From: Candidatus Thorarchaeota archaeon
GTDB taxonomy: Archaea; Asgardarchaeota; Thorarchaeia; Thorarchaeales; Thorarchaeaceae
Assembly (NCBI GenBank): GCA_016839445.1
Contig: JAEOUG010000068.1
Coordinates: 1 to 59,422, forward strand
DNA length: 59,422 nucleotides
Reading direction: 5' to 3'
The notes below the pieces were generated by a model. The model worked only from the letters and a program-made list of their open reading frames with translations, searched no databases and was not told the origin of the DNA. Positions 37,212-46,466 of the stretch are shown here, piece by piece (within the stretch, counting starts at the first letter, position 1; every line of letters starts with the position of its first letter). A program made the translations under genes and the position numbers.

Positions 37212-38555
37212 ATGGCCACAAAGATCACAGTCATCGGCATGGGCTACGTAGGCATTCCTGCTGCAGCCCTCCTAGCTGATGTTGACGGATTCGATGTAAC
37301 CGGACTCCAGAGACGGTCGAGGAGATCCGGGTGGAAGATTGACCACCTCAACGCGGGCAAATCACCTTTTGAGGGAGACGAACCCGGTCTTGACGAACTC
37401 ATAGCGAGAGTTGTGAAGAAAGGATCATTCAGAGCAACAGATGATGTCGAGGTTCTTCGAGATTCAGACGTGATCCTCATTGACGTGCAGACTCCAACTG
37501 ACCCCCAACACATACCCCAGTATCAATCACTCAAGGAGGTCAGCGAACAGATCGGCAAGAGGATCAAGAAAGGCACGCTCGTCGTGGTAGAGTCGACCGT
37601 GGCTCCGGGGACAACACAGAACATCGTTCAGAAGATCATTGAAGAGCACTCAGGTATGAGGGGAGGAGAGGACTTCCATCTCGCCTTTGCTTACGAGAGA
37701 GTGATGCCTGGGAAGTTGATCAACAACATTGTGAATCTGCCAAGGATTGTCGGAGGGATCACGTCAACATGCGCGGAGAAGGCTCTGGCAATCTACAGCA
37801 AGGTTGTGAAGGCCAAGATACACACAACGGACGTCCTGACAGCGGAGCTCTGCAAGACAATTGAGAACGCCTACCGGGATGTCAACATTGCATTCGCCAA
37901 TGAGATGGCTCTAGTATGTGAGAGCTTGGGTGTGAATGTCTATGAGATTATCAACCTCGTCAACGAGTTGCCCAGCAGGATGATGCACATCCCAGGAGCT
38001 GGCGTCGGTGGTCACTGCCTCCCTAAGGACACATGGCTCCTTCGCTACGGCCTCAATGAGTACGGGTCCCAGAAGATGGAACCTCGGTTCATCACACTTG
38101 CGCGAGAGATTAACAACCACATGCCTATCCACATGAGCTTCCTCATTGAAGACGCCCTGAATACGAGAGGAGTGGACATGCACAAGGCCAAGGTGACAGT
38201 CCTCGGCATTGCCTACCTTGAGAACGCGGATGACACGAGGAATACTCCGGCGCAGGCACTCATAGCCTCCCTTGAGGGCAAGGGAGCAAAGGTCGTGCTA
38301 CATGACCCCTACGTGCGAGAGTGGGACCTCGGACCACATGAGGTTATGCGCGACCTCATGGAGGCTGCCAAAGGATCGGATTGTCTCGCCCTGGTAACAC
38401 GGCATCGAGACTATCTAGAACTTGATCTGCCCAAACTCAAGTCAGTGATGCGAACTCCTGTGATTGTGGACGGAAGAAACGTCTACGACGAACAGAGTGT
38501 CGAGGCTGAAGGTTTCGAGTATAGAGCCATTGGCAAGTCTGGAATCAAGCCATAG
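37212..38555 (+). CDS. wecC: UDP-N-acetylhexosamine 6-dehydrogenase (WecC/WbpA family)
   Basis: IGMGYVG, VQTP, ESTVAPGTT, ERVMPG, KTIENAYRDVNIAFANE, PGAGVGGHCLPKD. Confidence 0.9.
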   Translation: MATKITVIGMGYVGIPAAALLADVDGFDVTGLQRRSRRSGWKIDHLNAGKSPFEGDEPGLDELIARVVKKGSFRATDDVEVLRDSDVILIDVQTPTDPQHIPQYQSLKEVSEQIGKRIKKGTLVVVESTVAPGTTQNIVQKIIEEHSGMRGGEDFHLAFAYERVMPGKLINNIVNLPRIVGGITSTCAEKALAIYSKVVKAKIHTTDVLTAELCKTIENAYRDVNIAFANEMALVCESLGVNVYEIINLVNELPSRMMHIPGAGVGGHCLPKDTWLLRYGLNEYGSQKMEPRFITLAREINNHMPIHMSFLIEDALNTRGVDMHKAKVTVLGIAYLENADDTRNTPAQALIASLEGKGAKVVLHDPYVREWDLGPHEVMRDLMEAAKGSDCLALVTRHRDYLELDLPKLKSVMRTPVIVDGRNVYDEQSVEAEGFEYRAIGKSGIKP

Positions 38556-38562
38556 ACGTGTC

Positions 38563-39804
38563 CTAGGCTCCGAACTTCTCGACATGACCTGCGTAACCGA
38601 GCAGGATAGGGAGTATGTCACGGCCTCGCAAGGTGTGTAGAGCCCCACGGGCCGCCTCCGACTCTGAGAAGTGCTTGGATTCGTCAGCCCTGAGAAAGTC
38701 AGCCCAAAGCAGTACTGGTACAGGGTCGCACGAGTGCTCACCGAGGCTGACAGGCGAGGAGTGGTCTCCTGTGACTGCAAGCACTACTTCGGTACTGGTC
38801 GCCTCGATGATCTTCCCAACCATCTCATCCGTCCTCTCAATTGCCAAGACCTTCTGCGCAGTATTGTGGTCATGGCTGGCGTTGTCTGTGGCTTTGATAT
38901 GCACGAAGACATAGTCATAGTCGCCCTTGATGCACTCGATTGTCTTCATGGCGATATTGTGAAAGCTCGTGTCAATGGTGCCCGTTTGGCCCTCCACCGG
39001 GACATGTTTCATTCCAACAAACTTGGCGGTCCCGATGTAGAGTGCCCCACCTGCTATGACTGCCGACTTTATGCCATATCGTTCACCCAGTGTGGGGGTC
39101 TCGCCGTGTCTTCCCGGACCTCGAATGAGAATGGCGTTCGCAAGTGGCCGCCCGGCCTTCTTCCTCTCTTTATTGAGTGGCAGGTCCCGTATTCTCTCGT
39201 GGACCTCCTTCATCATCTTGTTCACGACATCAGCAGTCTTCTTGGCCTCGGGCTTCAACGGCTCGCAGGTCAATACCTTCTTTCCCACCTCGTGCGGGTC
39301 GACATCGCTTATGTCGGCATAGAGACCCGGACCAGACAGTATCATTGCACCTCGATGTTCCACGGTGGCGATGAACTTCACCTTCACGTCACCGATTTCC
39401 ATGCCATCAATCGCTTTCTGTAGGGCTTCTTGTTCATCTGGGCTGAATGTCCGTCCAGCTCGACGGTCTGTCACCACCATGTTCGCATCGACACTGGCGA
39501 AGTTGGTGCGGAAGGCAACATCTCCAGGTCTCGTTTCCAGACCTGCACCTGCGGCCTCAAGAGGACCTCTCCCAGGGTATGTAGTGAAGGGATCGTAGCC
39601 GAAGAGGGCTAGATGAGCAGCATCGCTCCCAGGTGTGATGCCGGGTCCAATAACATCCATGAGTCCTGTCTGACCTTCTCTTGCCAGTCGATCCATCACG
39701 GGGGTCTTGGCGGCCTCTAGCGGCGTCTTCCCATCCAGTTCAGGAACAGGCCGGTCTCCAAGGCCGTCCATCACGATGAAAACTGCTGTTCTCTTCTCTG
39801 TCAT
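38563..39804 (-). CDS. apgM: 2,3-bisphosphoglycerate-independent phosphoglycerate mutase, archaeal type
   Basis: MDGLGDRP, TPLEAA, PGSDAAHL, YPGRGPLEA, HIKATDNASHD, TGDHSSP. Confidence 0.95.
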   Translation of the reverse strand: MTEKRTAVFIVMDGLGDRPVPELDGKTPLEAAKTPVMDRLAREGQTGLMDVIGPGITPGSDAAHLALFGYDPFTTYPGRGPLEAAGAGLETRPGDVAFRTNFASVDANMVVTDRRAGRTFSPDEQEALQKAIDGMEIGDVKVKFIATVEHRGAMILSGPGLYADISDVDPHEVGKKVLTCEPLKPEAKKTADVVNKMMKEVHERIRDLPLNKERKKAGRPLANAILIRGPGRHGETPTLGERYGIKSAVIAGGALYIGTAKFVGMKHVPVEGQTGTIDTSFHNIAMKTIECIKGDYDYVFVHIKATDNASHDHNTAQKVLAIERTDEMVGKIIEATSTEVVLAVTGDHSSPVSLGEHSCDPVPVLLWADFLRADESKHFSESEAARGALHTLRGRDILPILLGYAGHVEKFGA

Positions 39805-39807
39805 AGA

Positions 39808-41106
39808 TCAGTAGTTCCTCCATGCCGACCGGAAATCAGCTCGCGGGTAGTCACACTTGCCGTCCAGGACATCGAATATCTCAAGGAGGCGGTTGTACTT
39901 CTCGACTCGATCACTTCTTGCCGGAGCCCCGGTCTTGATCTGGCCATTGGACAGAGCCGCAGCGAGGTCCGAGATGAAGGTGTCGCCGGTCTCACCACTT
40001 CTGTGGCTGACCACCACGCCCCACCCAGCACTGTTCGCCAGTTTAGCAGCCTCAATAGCCTCTGTAACAGACCCAATTTGGTTGACCTTGAGTAGCAGAG
40101 CATTGCCAGCCTTTTCCTTGATGGCCCTTGCGACAATCTCAGGATTTGACACAGTCAGGTCATCAGTCACAACTTGAGCCTTCGTCTTCGCGAGGTACGC
40201 TGCGAAGTCATCAAAGGCCTCTTCCTCGAAGGGGTCCTCCACTGTCAGAAGAGGATAGCTCTTCTCAAGGTCTATGTAGAAGTCCAAGAGCTCTGAGGGG
40301 TCTAGCTTCTTGCCATCAACCTCATACTTGCCGTCCTTGTAGAAGCCGCTTGCGGCTGCATCGATGCCAAGGACTACTTCATCACCCGGCTTGTATCCGG
40401 CCTCTTCTACGGCCCAGATGATCTCATCAAAGGCATCTCTGGTGGACTTGAGACCAAAGCCGCAGAAGCCACCCTCATCACCAATGTGCTTCGACATCCG
40501 GCCATGCTTCTTGATCATGCGCTTGCCCAAGGCATGATAGACCTCACTTATGCATCTCAGACCCTCCGGAAACGTCTTGGCCCCGATAGGCAGCGCCATG
40601 AACTCCTGAATGGCAAGACTGTTGCCAGCGTGAGCTCCGCCGTTGATGACATTTGACATAGGCACTGGGAGAAGGTACTTCGCAGGCCGGCCTAAGACCT
40701 TGGTCTTGAGATACTCAAAGAGCTCCATGTTCAGGTGTTCTGCAGCCGCCACTGCAGTTGCCATGGAAACCGAGAGAATCGCGTTTGCGCCGAGCTTGCC
40801 CTTGCCCTTTGTGGTGTCAGAAGCGAGGAGAGCCCGGTCGACATCATCTTGTGAGAGCGGATTGACAGATTTCATTGCCTGTCGCAAGACCTTGTTGACG
40901 TTGCTCACAGCCTGCGTGACCCCCTTTCCTCCGAATCTCGCCCCACCGTCCCGGAGCTCGACTGCCTCATGTATCCCTGTGGAGGCGCCGCTGGGGACCT
41001 TTGCTACACCCTTCGTTCCATCAGAGAGAATCACCTTTGTCATGAGGGTCGGGTTCCCCCGAGAGTCCAGAATCTCAATTGCTCGTATGTCGGATATGTC
41101 TACCAT
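39808..41106 (-). CDS. eno: Enolase
   Basis: LDSRGNPT, PSGASTG, GDEGGF, LLKVNQIG, SHRSGET, IKTGAP. Confidence 0.97.
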   Translation of the reverse strand: MVDISDIRAIEILDSRGNPTLMTKVILSDGTKGVAKVPSGASTGIHEAVELRDGGARFGGKGVTQAVSNVNKVLRQAMKSVNPLSQDDVDRALLASDTTKGKGKLGANAILSVSMATAVAAAEHLNMELFEYLKTKVLGRPAKYLLPVPMSNVINGGAHAGNSLAIQEFMALPIGAKTFPEGLRCISEVYHALGKRMIKKHGRMSKHIGDEGGFCGFGLKSTRDAFDEIIWAVEEAGYKPGDEVVLGIDAAASGFYKDGKYEVDGKKLDPSELLDFYIDLEKSYPLLTVEDPFEEEAFDDFAAYLAKTKAQVVTDDLTVSNPEIVARAIKEKAGNALLLKVNQIGSVTEAIEAAKLANSAGWGVVVSHRSGETGDTFISDLAAALSNGQIKTGAPARSDRVEKYNRLLEIFDVLDGKCDYPRADFRSAWRNY

Positions 41107-41256
41107 TCATGGTCACCTGCACGTGTATCGTGATGTCTCCCTTCATTGAGAGAGGGCATCCGATTTATGTCCATCCATGTGAACCTCGCAGTTGCTTCGC
41201 ATGGACAAGTTCTATTATGTGCTGTGTGCAGGCAAGACCAATCGGTGGAAAAGACA

Positions 41257-42684
41257 ATGGTGTATGATGGCGTCAAGTCAAAGATCGTCTGCACGATAGG
41301 GCCGGCATCGCGGTCAAAGGACACCCTGACCAAGATGGTGGATGCAGGCATGGATGTTGCCAGGCTCAACCTCTCCCATGAGGATCATAAGACAGCAAAG
41401 GCGACCTTCGAGGCCATTCGATCAATAGACGATACGCTGGCGGTCCTCTTCGACCTTCAGGGACCCAAGATACGCATTGGAGAGATGGAGGCACCTGTCA
41501 ATCTGGAAACAGGACAGGAGTTCACCCTCTCCACTGATGAATTCGTGGGCAATAAGGACCGAGTGTCAATCTCACATGAACAGCTCCCCTTGGATGTGAA
41601 GAAGGGAGACATCATCGCCCTGAATGACGGGATTGTCCGATTGACTGTCAAGACAGTGAAGGGCAAGGAGGTAATCACTGAAGTCCTTCACGGAGGACCC
41701 ATCTCCAGCAGGAAAGGAGCCAATATCCCAGGCATCAAGCTCTCATGTGAGGTTCCTACGCCGGAGGATATCGCGGACCTAGACTTGGCCGCAGAGCTCG
41801 AGCCTGACTACGTGGCCCTATCCTTCGTGACCTGCGCGGATGACGTGAGGCGACTTAGAGAGAGCATGGACTCAAAGGGCCTCGAACGAACTCTGATAAT
41901 CAGCAAGATTGAGCACACACTTGCCATCCAGAACTTCGACGAAATCCTGAGAGACTCGGATGGTGTGATGATTGCGAGAGGGGACCTTGGCATTGAAGTG
42001 CCACTCGAGGAAGTGCCCGTTCTACAACGTGACTTGATTCGAAGAGCAAACGTCTGGGCCAAGCCAGCGATTGTAGCTACTCACATGTTGGAGTCGATGA
42101 CGGGCGAGGTCGTGCCAACTCGAGCCGAGGTGAGCGATGTAGCGCACGCCGTCCTAGATCGTGCCGATGCTGTGATGCTCAGTGGCGAAACAGCCGTCGG
42201 CGAGTTCCCTGTGGAATCTGTGACCATGATGAACAAGATCATCAGAAGGGCGGAGCAGATACTTCCCAAGCAGGACCCGCTGGATGTCACATCACCCAAG
42301 AGGATGATAGTAGAGATCATCGGAAACCTCACCTATGAGGCCGTGAACCTGATTCCAGACAAAGTAGAGGCCATAGTGACGTCAACGCGGAGTGGTTACA
42401 CTGCCAGGTGGGTCTCGAAGTTCAGGCCGCCAGTCCCCATCTTTGGTGTCACCGGGGATGTGAAGGTGGCGAGGAAACTCAGGCTTCTGTGGGGTGTCCA
42501 TCCAATACCTCAGGACCAGGACATGGAGAATGTCGACGCGCTGGTCCAAGCGACAACCAGGGCCGTCTATGAGAGAGGCTACATAAGCAAGGACAAGGAC
42601 ATCGTGTTCACCTCAGGTGTGAAGATGATTCCAGGACGGACAAATGTAGTAGGGGTGTTCCATGTCCATGACTTGGTTGATTGA
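41257..42684 (+). CDS. pyk: Pyruvate kinase
   Basis: KIVCTIGPAS, ARLNLSH, DLQGPKIR, MIARGDLGIE, PTRAEVSD, MLSGETA. Confidence 0.97.
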   Translation: MVYDGVKSKIVCTIGPASRSKDTLTKMVDAGMDVARLNLSHEDHKTAKATFEAIRSIDDTLAVLFDLQGPKIRIGEMEAPVNLETGQEFTLSTDEFVGNKDRVSISHEQLPLDVKKGDIIALNDGIVRLTVKTVKGKEVITEVLHGGPISSRKGANIPGIKLSCEVPTPEDIADLDLAAELEPDYVALSFVTCADDVRRLRESMDSKGLERTLIISKIEHTLAIQNFDEILRDSDGVMIARGDLGIEVPLEEVPVLQRDLIRRANVWAKPAIVATHMLESMTGEVVPTRAEVSDVAHAVLDRADAVMLSGETAVGEFPVESVTMMNKIIRRAEQILPKQDPLDVTSPKRMIVEIIGNLTYEAVNLIPDKVEAIVTSTRSGYTARWVSKFRPPVPIFGVTGDVKVARKLRLLWGVHPIPQDQDMENVDALVQATTRAVYERGYISKDKDIVFTSGVKMIPGRTNVVGVFHVHDLVD

Positions 42685-42752
42685 TGGCCTGGCCGCTTGA
42701 CTATGGACCCGTACCCTTTTCTTGGCGAGAATGCAAGCAGAGTCGACACACA

Positions 42753-44048
42753 ATGAAGGCAGCAGTTGTCGTAGGAACTAGGCCAGAGATAATAAAGACA
42801 CTCTCGGTCGTAAAGGAGCTTGACAGAACCGACTCTGTGGACACTCTGTTGATACACACTGGTCAGCACTACGATTACTCCATGTCAAGGCTGTTCTTTG
42901 ATGAGCTCACGCTCCGCGAACCGGACTACTTCCTTGAAGCTCAACCGAGAGAGGGCGCGGCACAAGTGAGTAGCATCATGGAGGCAGTCGCTTCCGTACT
43001 CATGGAAGCAGAGCCAGATGTGGTCCTTGTTGAAGGCGATACGGCCTCTGCAATGGCCGCGGCGCTTTCTGCAAGCCAAATGCAGATACCTGTTGGGCAC
43101 ATCGAGGCAGGCTGCAGATCATACGACCGTGGCATGGTTGAAGAAACCAATAGGAGGGTAATTGATGCTGTATCGGACATTCTGTTTGCTCCCACCGAAA
43201 CCGCCTACTATAACCTGATTCGCGAGGGGCACAACCCGAGTAGGGTGTTCCTTGTTGGAAGCACGGTAGCAGATGCTCTGCAGGAGGCAGTGGCGCATCC
43301 CTCAGACAAGAGCCTTGAAGACGACTTCGTGCTAGCGACCATTCACAGACCAAGCAACACAGACGATAAGGTGAGTCTCTCAGAGATTCTGCATGGGCTA
43401 GCAGCTCTTAACATCAAGTGCGTCTTCCCAATACACCCTCGCACTCGCAAGATGGTCGACTTATTTGGGCTGGAATCCTTGCTGGAGACCCCCCAGATTG
43501 AGGTAATCGAGCCCCTTGGCTATGTTGAATTTGTGAATCTCCTAAGGAACTCAAAGGGGGTCATAACCGACAGTGGTGGAGTTCAAGAGGAAGCATTCCT
43601 GCTTGGCAAGCCAACTATCACTCTCCGATCCTCAACTGAATGGCCAGAGACAATATGGGCAGGCAAGAACCGACTCACAGATGTTAGAAGAGACCTAATC
43701 GAAGAGGCCGTCACCGCCGCAGTGGCAGATGAGTCAGGACTACCGTTGAAGACACTTGGCAGTCCCAATGAAGTAGGAAGAGCGATTGTCAGGGTCGTCC
43801 TTGATTTAGCGGAGCGCCAACATCTCAGACCGCCAGGATTCGATATGATAAGGTCTGGATATCCGTTCCTAAGATTATGTTCGAAAGATCTGATGCAGCC
43901 GCTGATCAGATTCGATCAGAATAGCATGATTACAATTGGAGATGACTTCGTTTCGGCAATCTGTGAGGACTACTGGACATTGGAGAAGGTGGACAGGCAG
44001 ACATTTCACGAAAGAGATAGGAAACGACTGATGCAGGAACCGAAGTAA
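42753..44048 (+). CDS. wecB: UDP-N-acetylglucosamine 2-epimerase (non-hydrolysing)
   Basis: VVGTRPEIIK, HTGQHYD, GHIEAGCRS, TIHRPSN, TDSGGVQEEA. Confidence 0.95.
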   Translation: MKAAVVVGTRPEIIKTLSVVKELDRTDSVDTLLIHTGQHYDYSMSRLFFDELTLREPDYFLEAQPREGAAQVSSIMEAVASVLMEAEPDVVLVEGDTASAMAAALSASQMQIPVGHIEAGCRSYDRGMVEETNRRVIDAVSDILFAPTETAYYNLIREGHNPSRVFLVGSTVADALQEAVAHPSDKSLEDDFVLATIHRPSNTDDKVSLSEILHGLAALNIKCVFPIHPRTRKMVDLFGLESLLETPQIEVIEPLGYVEFVNLLRNSKGVITDSGGVQEEAFLLGKPTITLRSSTEWPETIWAGKNRLTDVRRDLIEEAVTAAVADESGLPLKTLGSPNEVGRAIVRVVLDLAERQHLRPPGFDMIRSGYPFLRLCSKDLMQPLIRFDQNSMITIGDDFVSAICEDYWTLEKVDRQTFHERDRKRLMQEPK

Positions 44049-44077
44049 CTGAAGATGGAACCCATTGGTGACAGGCC

Positions 44078-45235
44078 ATGCGAAGAATCCTCATGCTGGT
44101 AACGAACGATCTCAATCCGGACCCACGCGTCGCACGAGAGGCGAAGACACTGCAAGAGAGGGGCTATGACATCCGAGTGGTTGGCCTCGGCGAGAATGGA
44201 ACACGGAACTTCAAAGCAAACGCTTCTGGACTTACCACGCTATTGATTCGAGCCACGCCACTAGCTCATAGCGCAAGAGGGATCGGTTGGATCCGCGCAA
44301 TGTGGAGGATACTCATGTTCTATGCTGGATGTATTAGGAAGCTAGGGGTTCTTCTTGAAGATGTGGCGATAATCCATGCTCACGACTTCGACACACTACC
44401 AATTGCGCTCTTTATGTCCAGACTGTCCGGTGCGAGAGTCGTTTAAGACGCTCACGAATCATATGCTGAGATGTTCTCTGCGGGGGTGCCATCAGCAATC
44501 AAGATCTCGGTCAATTCTCTTGAGTCAAGGTTGGCCAAGAGAGCAGATGTAATCATAACCTCAGGCCACCTGCTCAAGAAGAGAATGGATTCTCTATGTG
44601 GGAGGGATGCGATAGTTGTCCAAAACACGGTCTCGGCAGACTTCCAGTCTGAGGAGAAGGTGTCCCATTCAGGCGATTTTACCATTGGGTATATCGGAGG
44701 GCTTATCGAGGGAAGGAACCTCACGCAACTTGTCAACGCTTTCAAGATGTTCGCTGAATCGCACGATGATGTCAGATTGCTGATTGCCGGATGGGGACCT
44801 CTCAAGGAATACGTGAGTGAAGAAGCAGATAGAAACTCAAGAACCATCAGATATCTGGGAAAGGTTGACTACTCTCAGGTTCCAGCCATCTTGTCGAGTC
44901 TTTCTCTTAGCATCTCTTTCGTGAGCAGACTCGTTCCGAACAACATGTACGCAACCCCGAATAAGGTCTTCGAGGCGGCTTCACACGGAGTCCCTCTCTT
45001 GGTGTCTGATTTTGGAGAGCTGGCGAGCATTGTGAGGAAATGGAATCTGGGATACACGACAGATTCGGAGCGTCCTGATGCAATACTGTCATCTCTCCAT
45101 GATATCTATCGTAATCGTGAGTCGCTCAAGGAAATGGGAATGAGAGCAAAGGAAACATTCATGCAGCACTTGTCATGGGAGAGGGTCCAAGACGAACTGG
45201 TTCGAGCCTATGACCAGATTCCGGGAACCCGGTAA
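44078..45235 (+). pseudogene. GT4 glycosyltransferase interrupted by one in-frame TAA (44444-44446)
   Basis: ORFs 44078-44446 and 44471-45235 are in one frame: GARVV*DAHESYAEMF, where VYDAHE is expected; DPRV..EA and TPNKVFEA motifs are intact. Confidence 0.8.
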
Positions 45236-45257
45236 TTGAGAAGGAGGGCCTAGGCCA

Positions 45258-46466
45258 TTGAGTGACAAGGAAGAAACCGCAGCAGTTCTCCAAAACATAC
45301 GTTCACTTCATGCGTTCTACTGGCCTAAGATGTGGAAAGGGGTTGACATAGGTCAGTATGCAGAGGCTTTCACCACATTGCTCCCACCCTCGTTTCATTG
45401 GGCACCTATATTCTACATCCTTGATGGTGGCGCAGGATTCTCTCTCACGGACAGAGATTGGCTGCAAAGGATGCTTGGCATCCGCGAAATGGTTTCAGTC
45501 AAGGCACTCGCGATTGCAGGGCGCGCATACGCAGGCCTGACGCAGATCGCACCTGACGAGTTCCCTCAGAGTATAATGACGCAAATCTGCGACGCACTCT
45601 GGAGAGAGAAGCTGCCCACTACCGAATATCCTTCCTGGGGAGCAGGTTATACGTGGAGAACGAGCACAGGTCACATAATGGCTGCAGACGACCCGTCTTC
45701 CCTAATCACGGCACTGGTTGGCCTAGCACACATTGATGCATATGTCGTAACTGGAGAACGCACGTACTTGGAGAGAGTTCGCGGCATGTCCAGACATCTA
45801 GTGGAAGAGAACGGCTACCTGACATACCGTGATGGAAGCATTTGCTTTCCCTATACTCCAAGAATGCGTGTGGCAATAACCAACAGCAACGCGTTTGTAG
45901 CGCTGTTTCTTCGGGCCGCTTCCAGGATACTGTCCGATGATAAGCTTGGAGAGTTGTCGCAACGAGCATATGGTTCAATCCTCAGGAGCCAGAACGGCGA
46001 CGGATCATGGAACTACTTCCTATCTGATAGGAGAGAGCCGTTCATAGACAACTACCACACGGGGTTCGTAATTCAAAGCCTTCTCGAGGCAGTCAGACAA
46101 CAGGAGGATCCCAGACTCCTTGAGTCGGCAAAGAAAGGAATCAGATTCTACGGAGGACTTTTCTCGACAAGTGGTGCTCCTCTATTCAGCACAAGGAGTT
46201 CCTATCCTCATGATATTCACGATGTCGCTCAAGGAATCATCGTATTCTCTCAAGCAAGCTGCTTCATGAACTCGGCCCTTATGATTGCCTCGAGAATCGC
46301 TGACTTCGCCAACAAGAGAATGAAACGAGCAGACGGCCGATACTCTAGCCGAATATACAGGATTGGGAGAAGTAATCTCTCAACTCCACGCTGGGCGGAC
46401 AGCTGGATGCTTCTAGGATTCACGGAGTATCTCAGGGCAATCCAGAAACTGCGAGAGGTGAGTTGA
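45258..46466 (+). CDS. Conserved glycan-locus protein of unknown function, probable (alpha/alpha)6 toroid
   Basis: QNGDGSWNY, IDNYHTGF, YPHDIHDVAQGI and RWADSWM motifs; operonic with the GT and flippase. Confidence 0.7.
   Translation: MSDKEETAAVLQNIRSLHAFYWPKMWKGVDIGQYAEAFTTLLPPSFHWAPIFYILDGGAGFSLTDRDWLQRMLGIREMVSVKALAIAGRAYAGLTQIAPDEFPQSIMTQICDALWREKLPTTEYPSWGAGYTWRTSTGHIMAADDPSSLITALVGLAHIDAYVVTGERTYLERVRGMSRHLVEENGYLTYRDGSICFPYTPRMRVAITNSNAFVALFLRAASRILSDDKLGELSQRAYGSILRSQNGDGSWNYFLSDRREPFIDNYHTGFVIQSLLEAVRQQEDPRLLESAKKGIRFYGGLFSTSGAPLFSTRSSYPHDIHDVAQGIIVFSQASCFMNSALMIASRIADFANKRMKRADGRYSSRIYRIGRSNLSTPRWADSWMLLGFTEYLRAIQKLREVS

Noticed and set aside
44444-44446. Stop-codon recoding (Sec/Pyl or alternative code)
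   Set aside because: The codon is TAA at a Tyr position, TAA terminates other genes here, and no in-frame TGA/TAG was seen in conserved enzymes.
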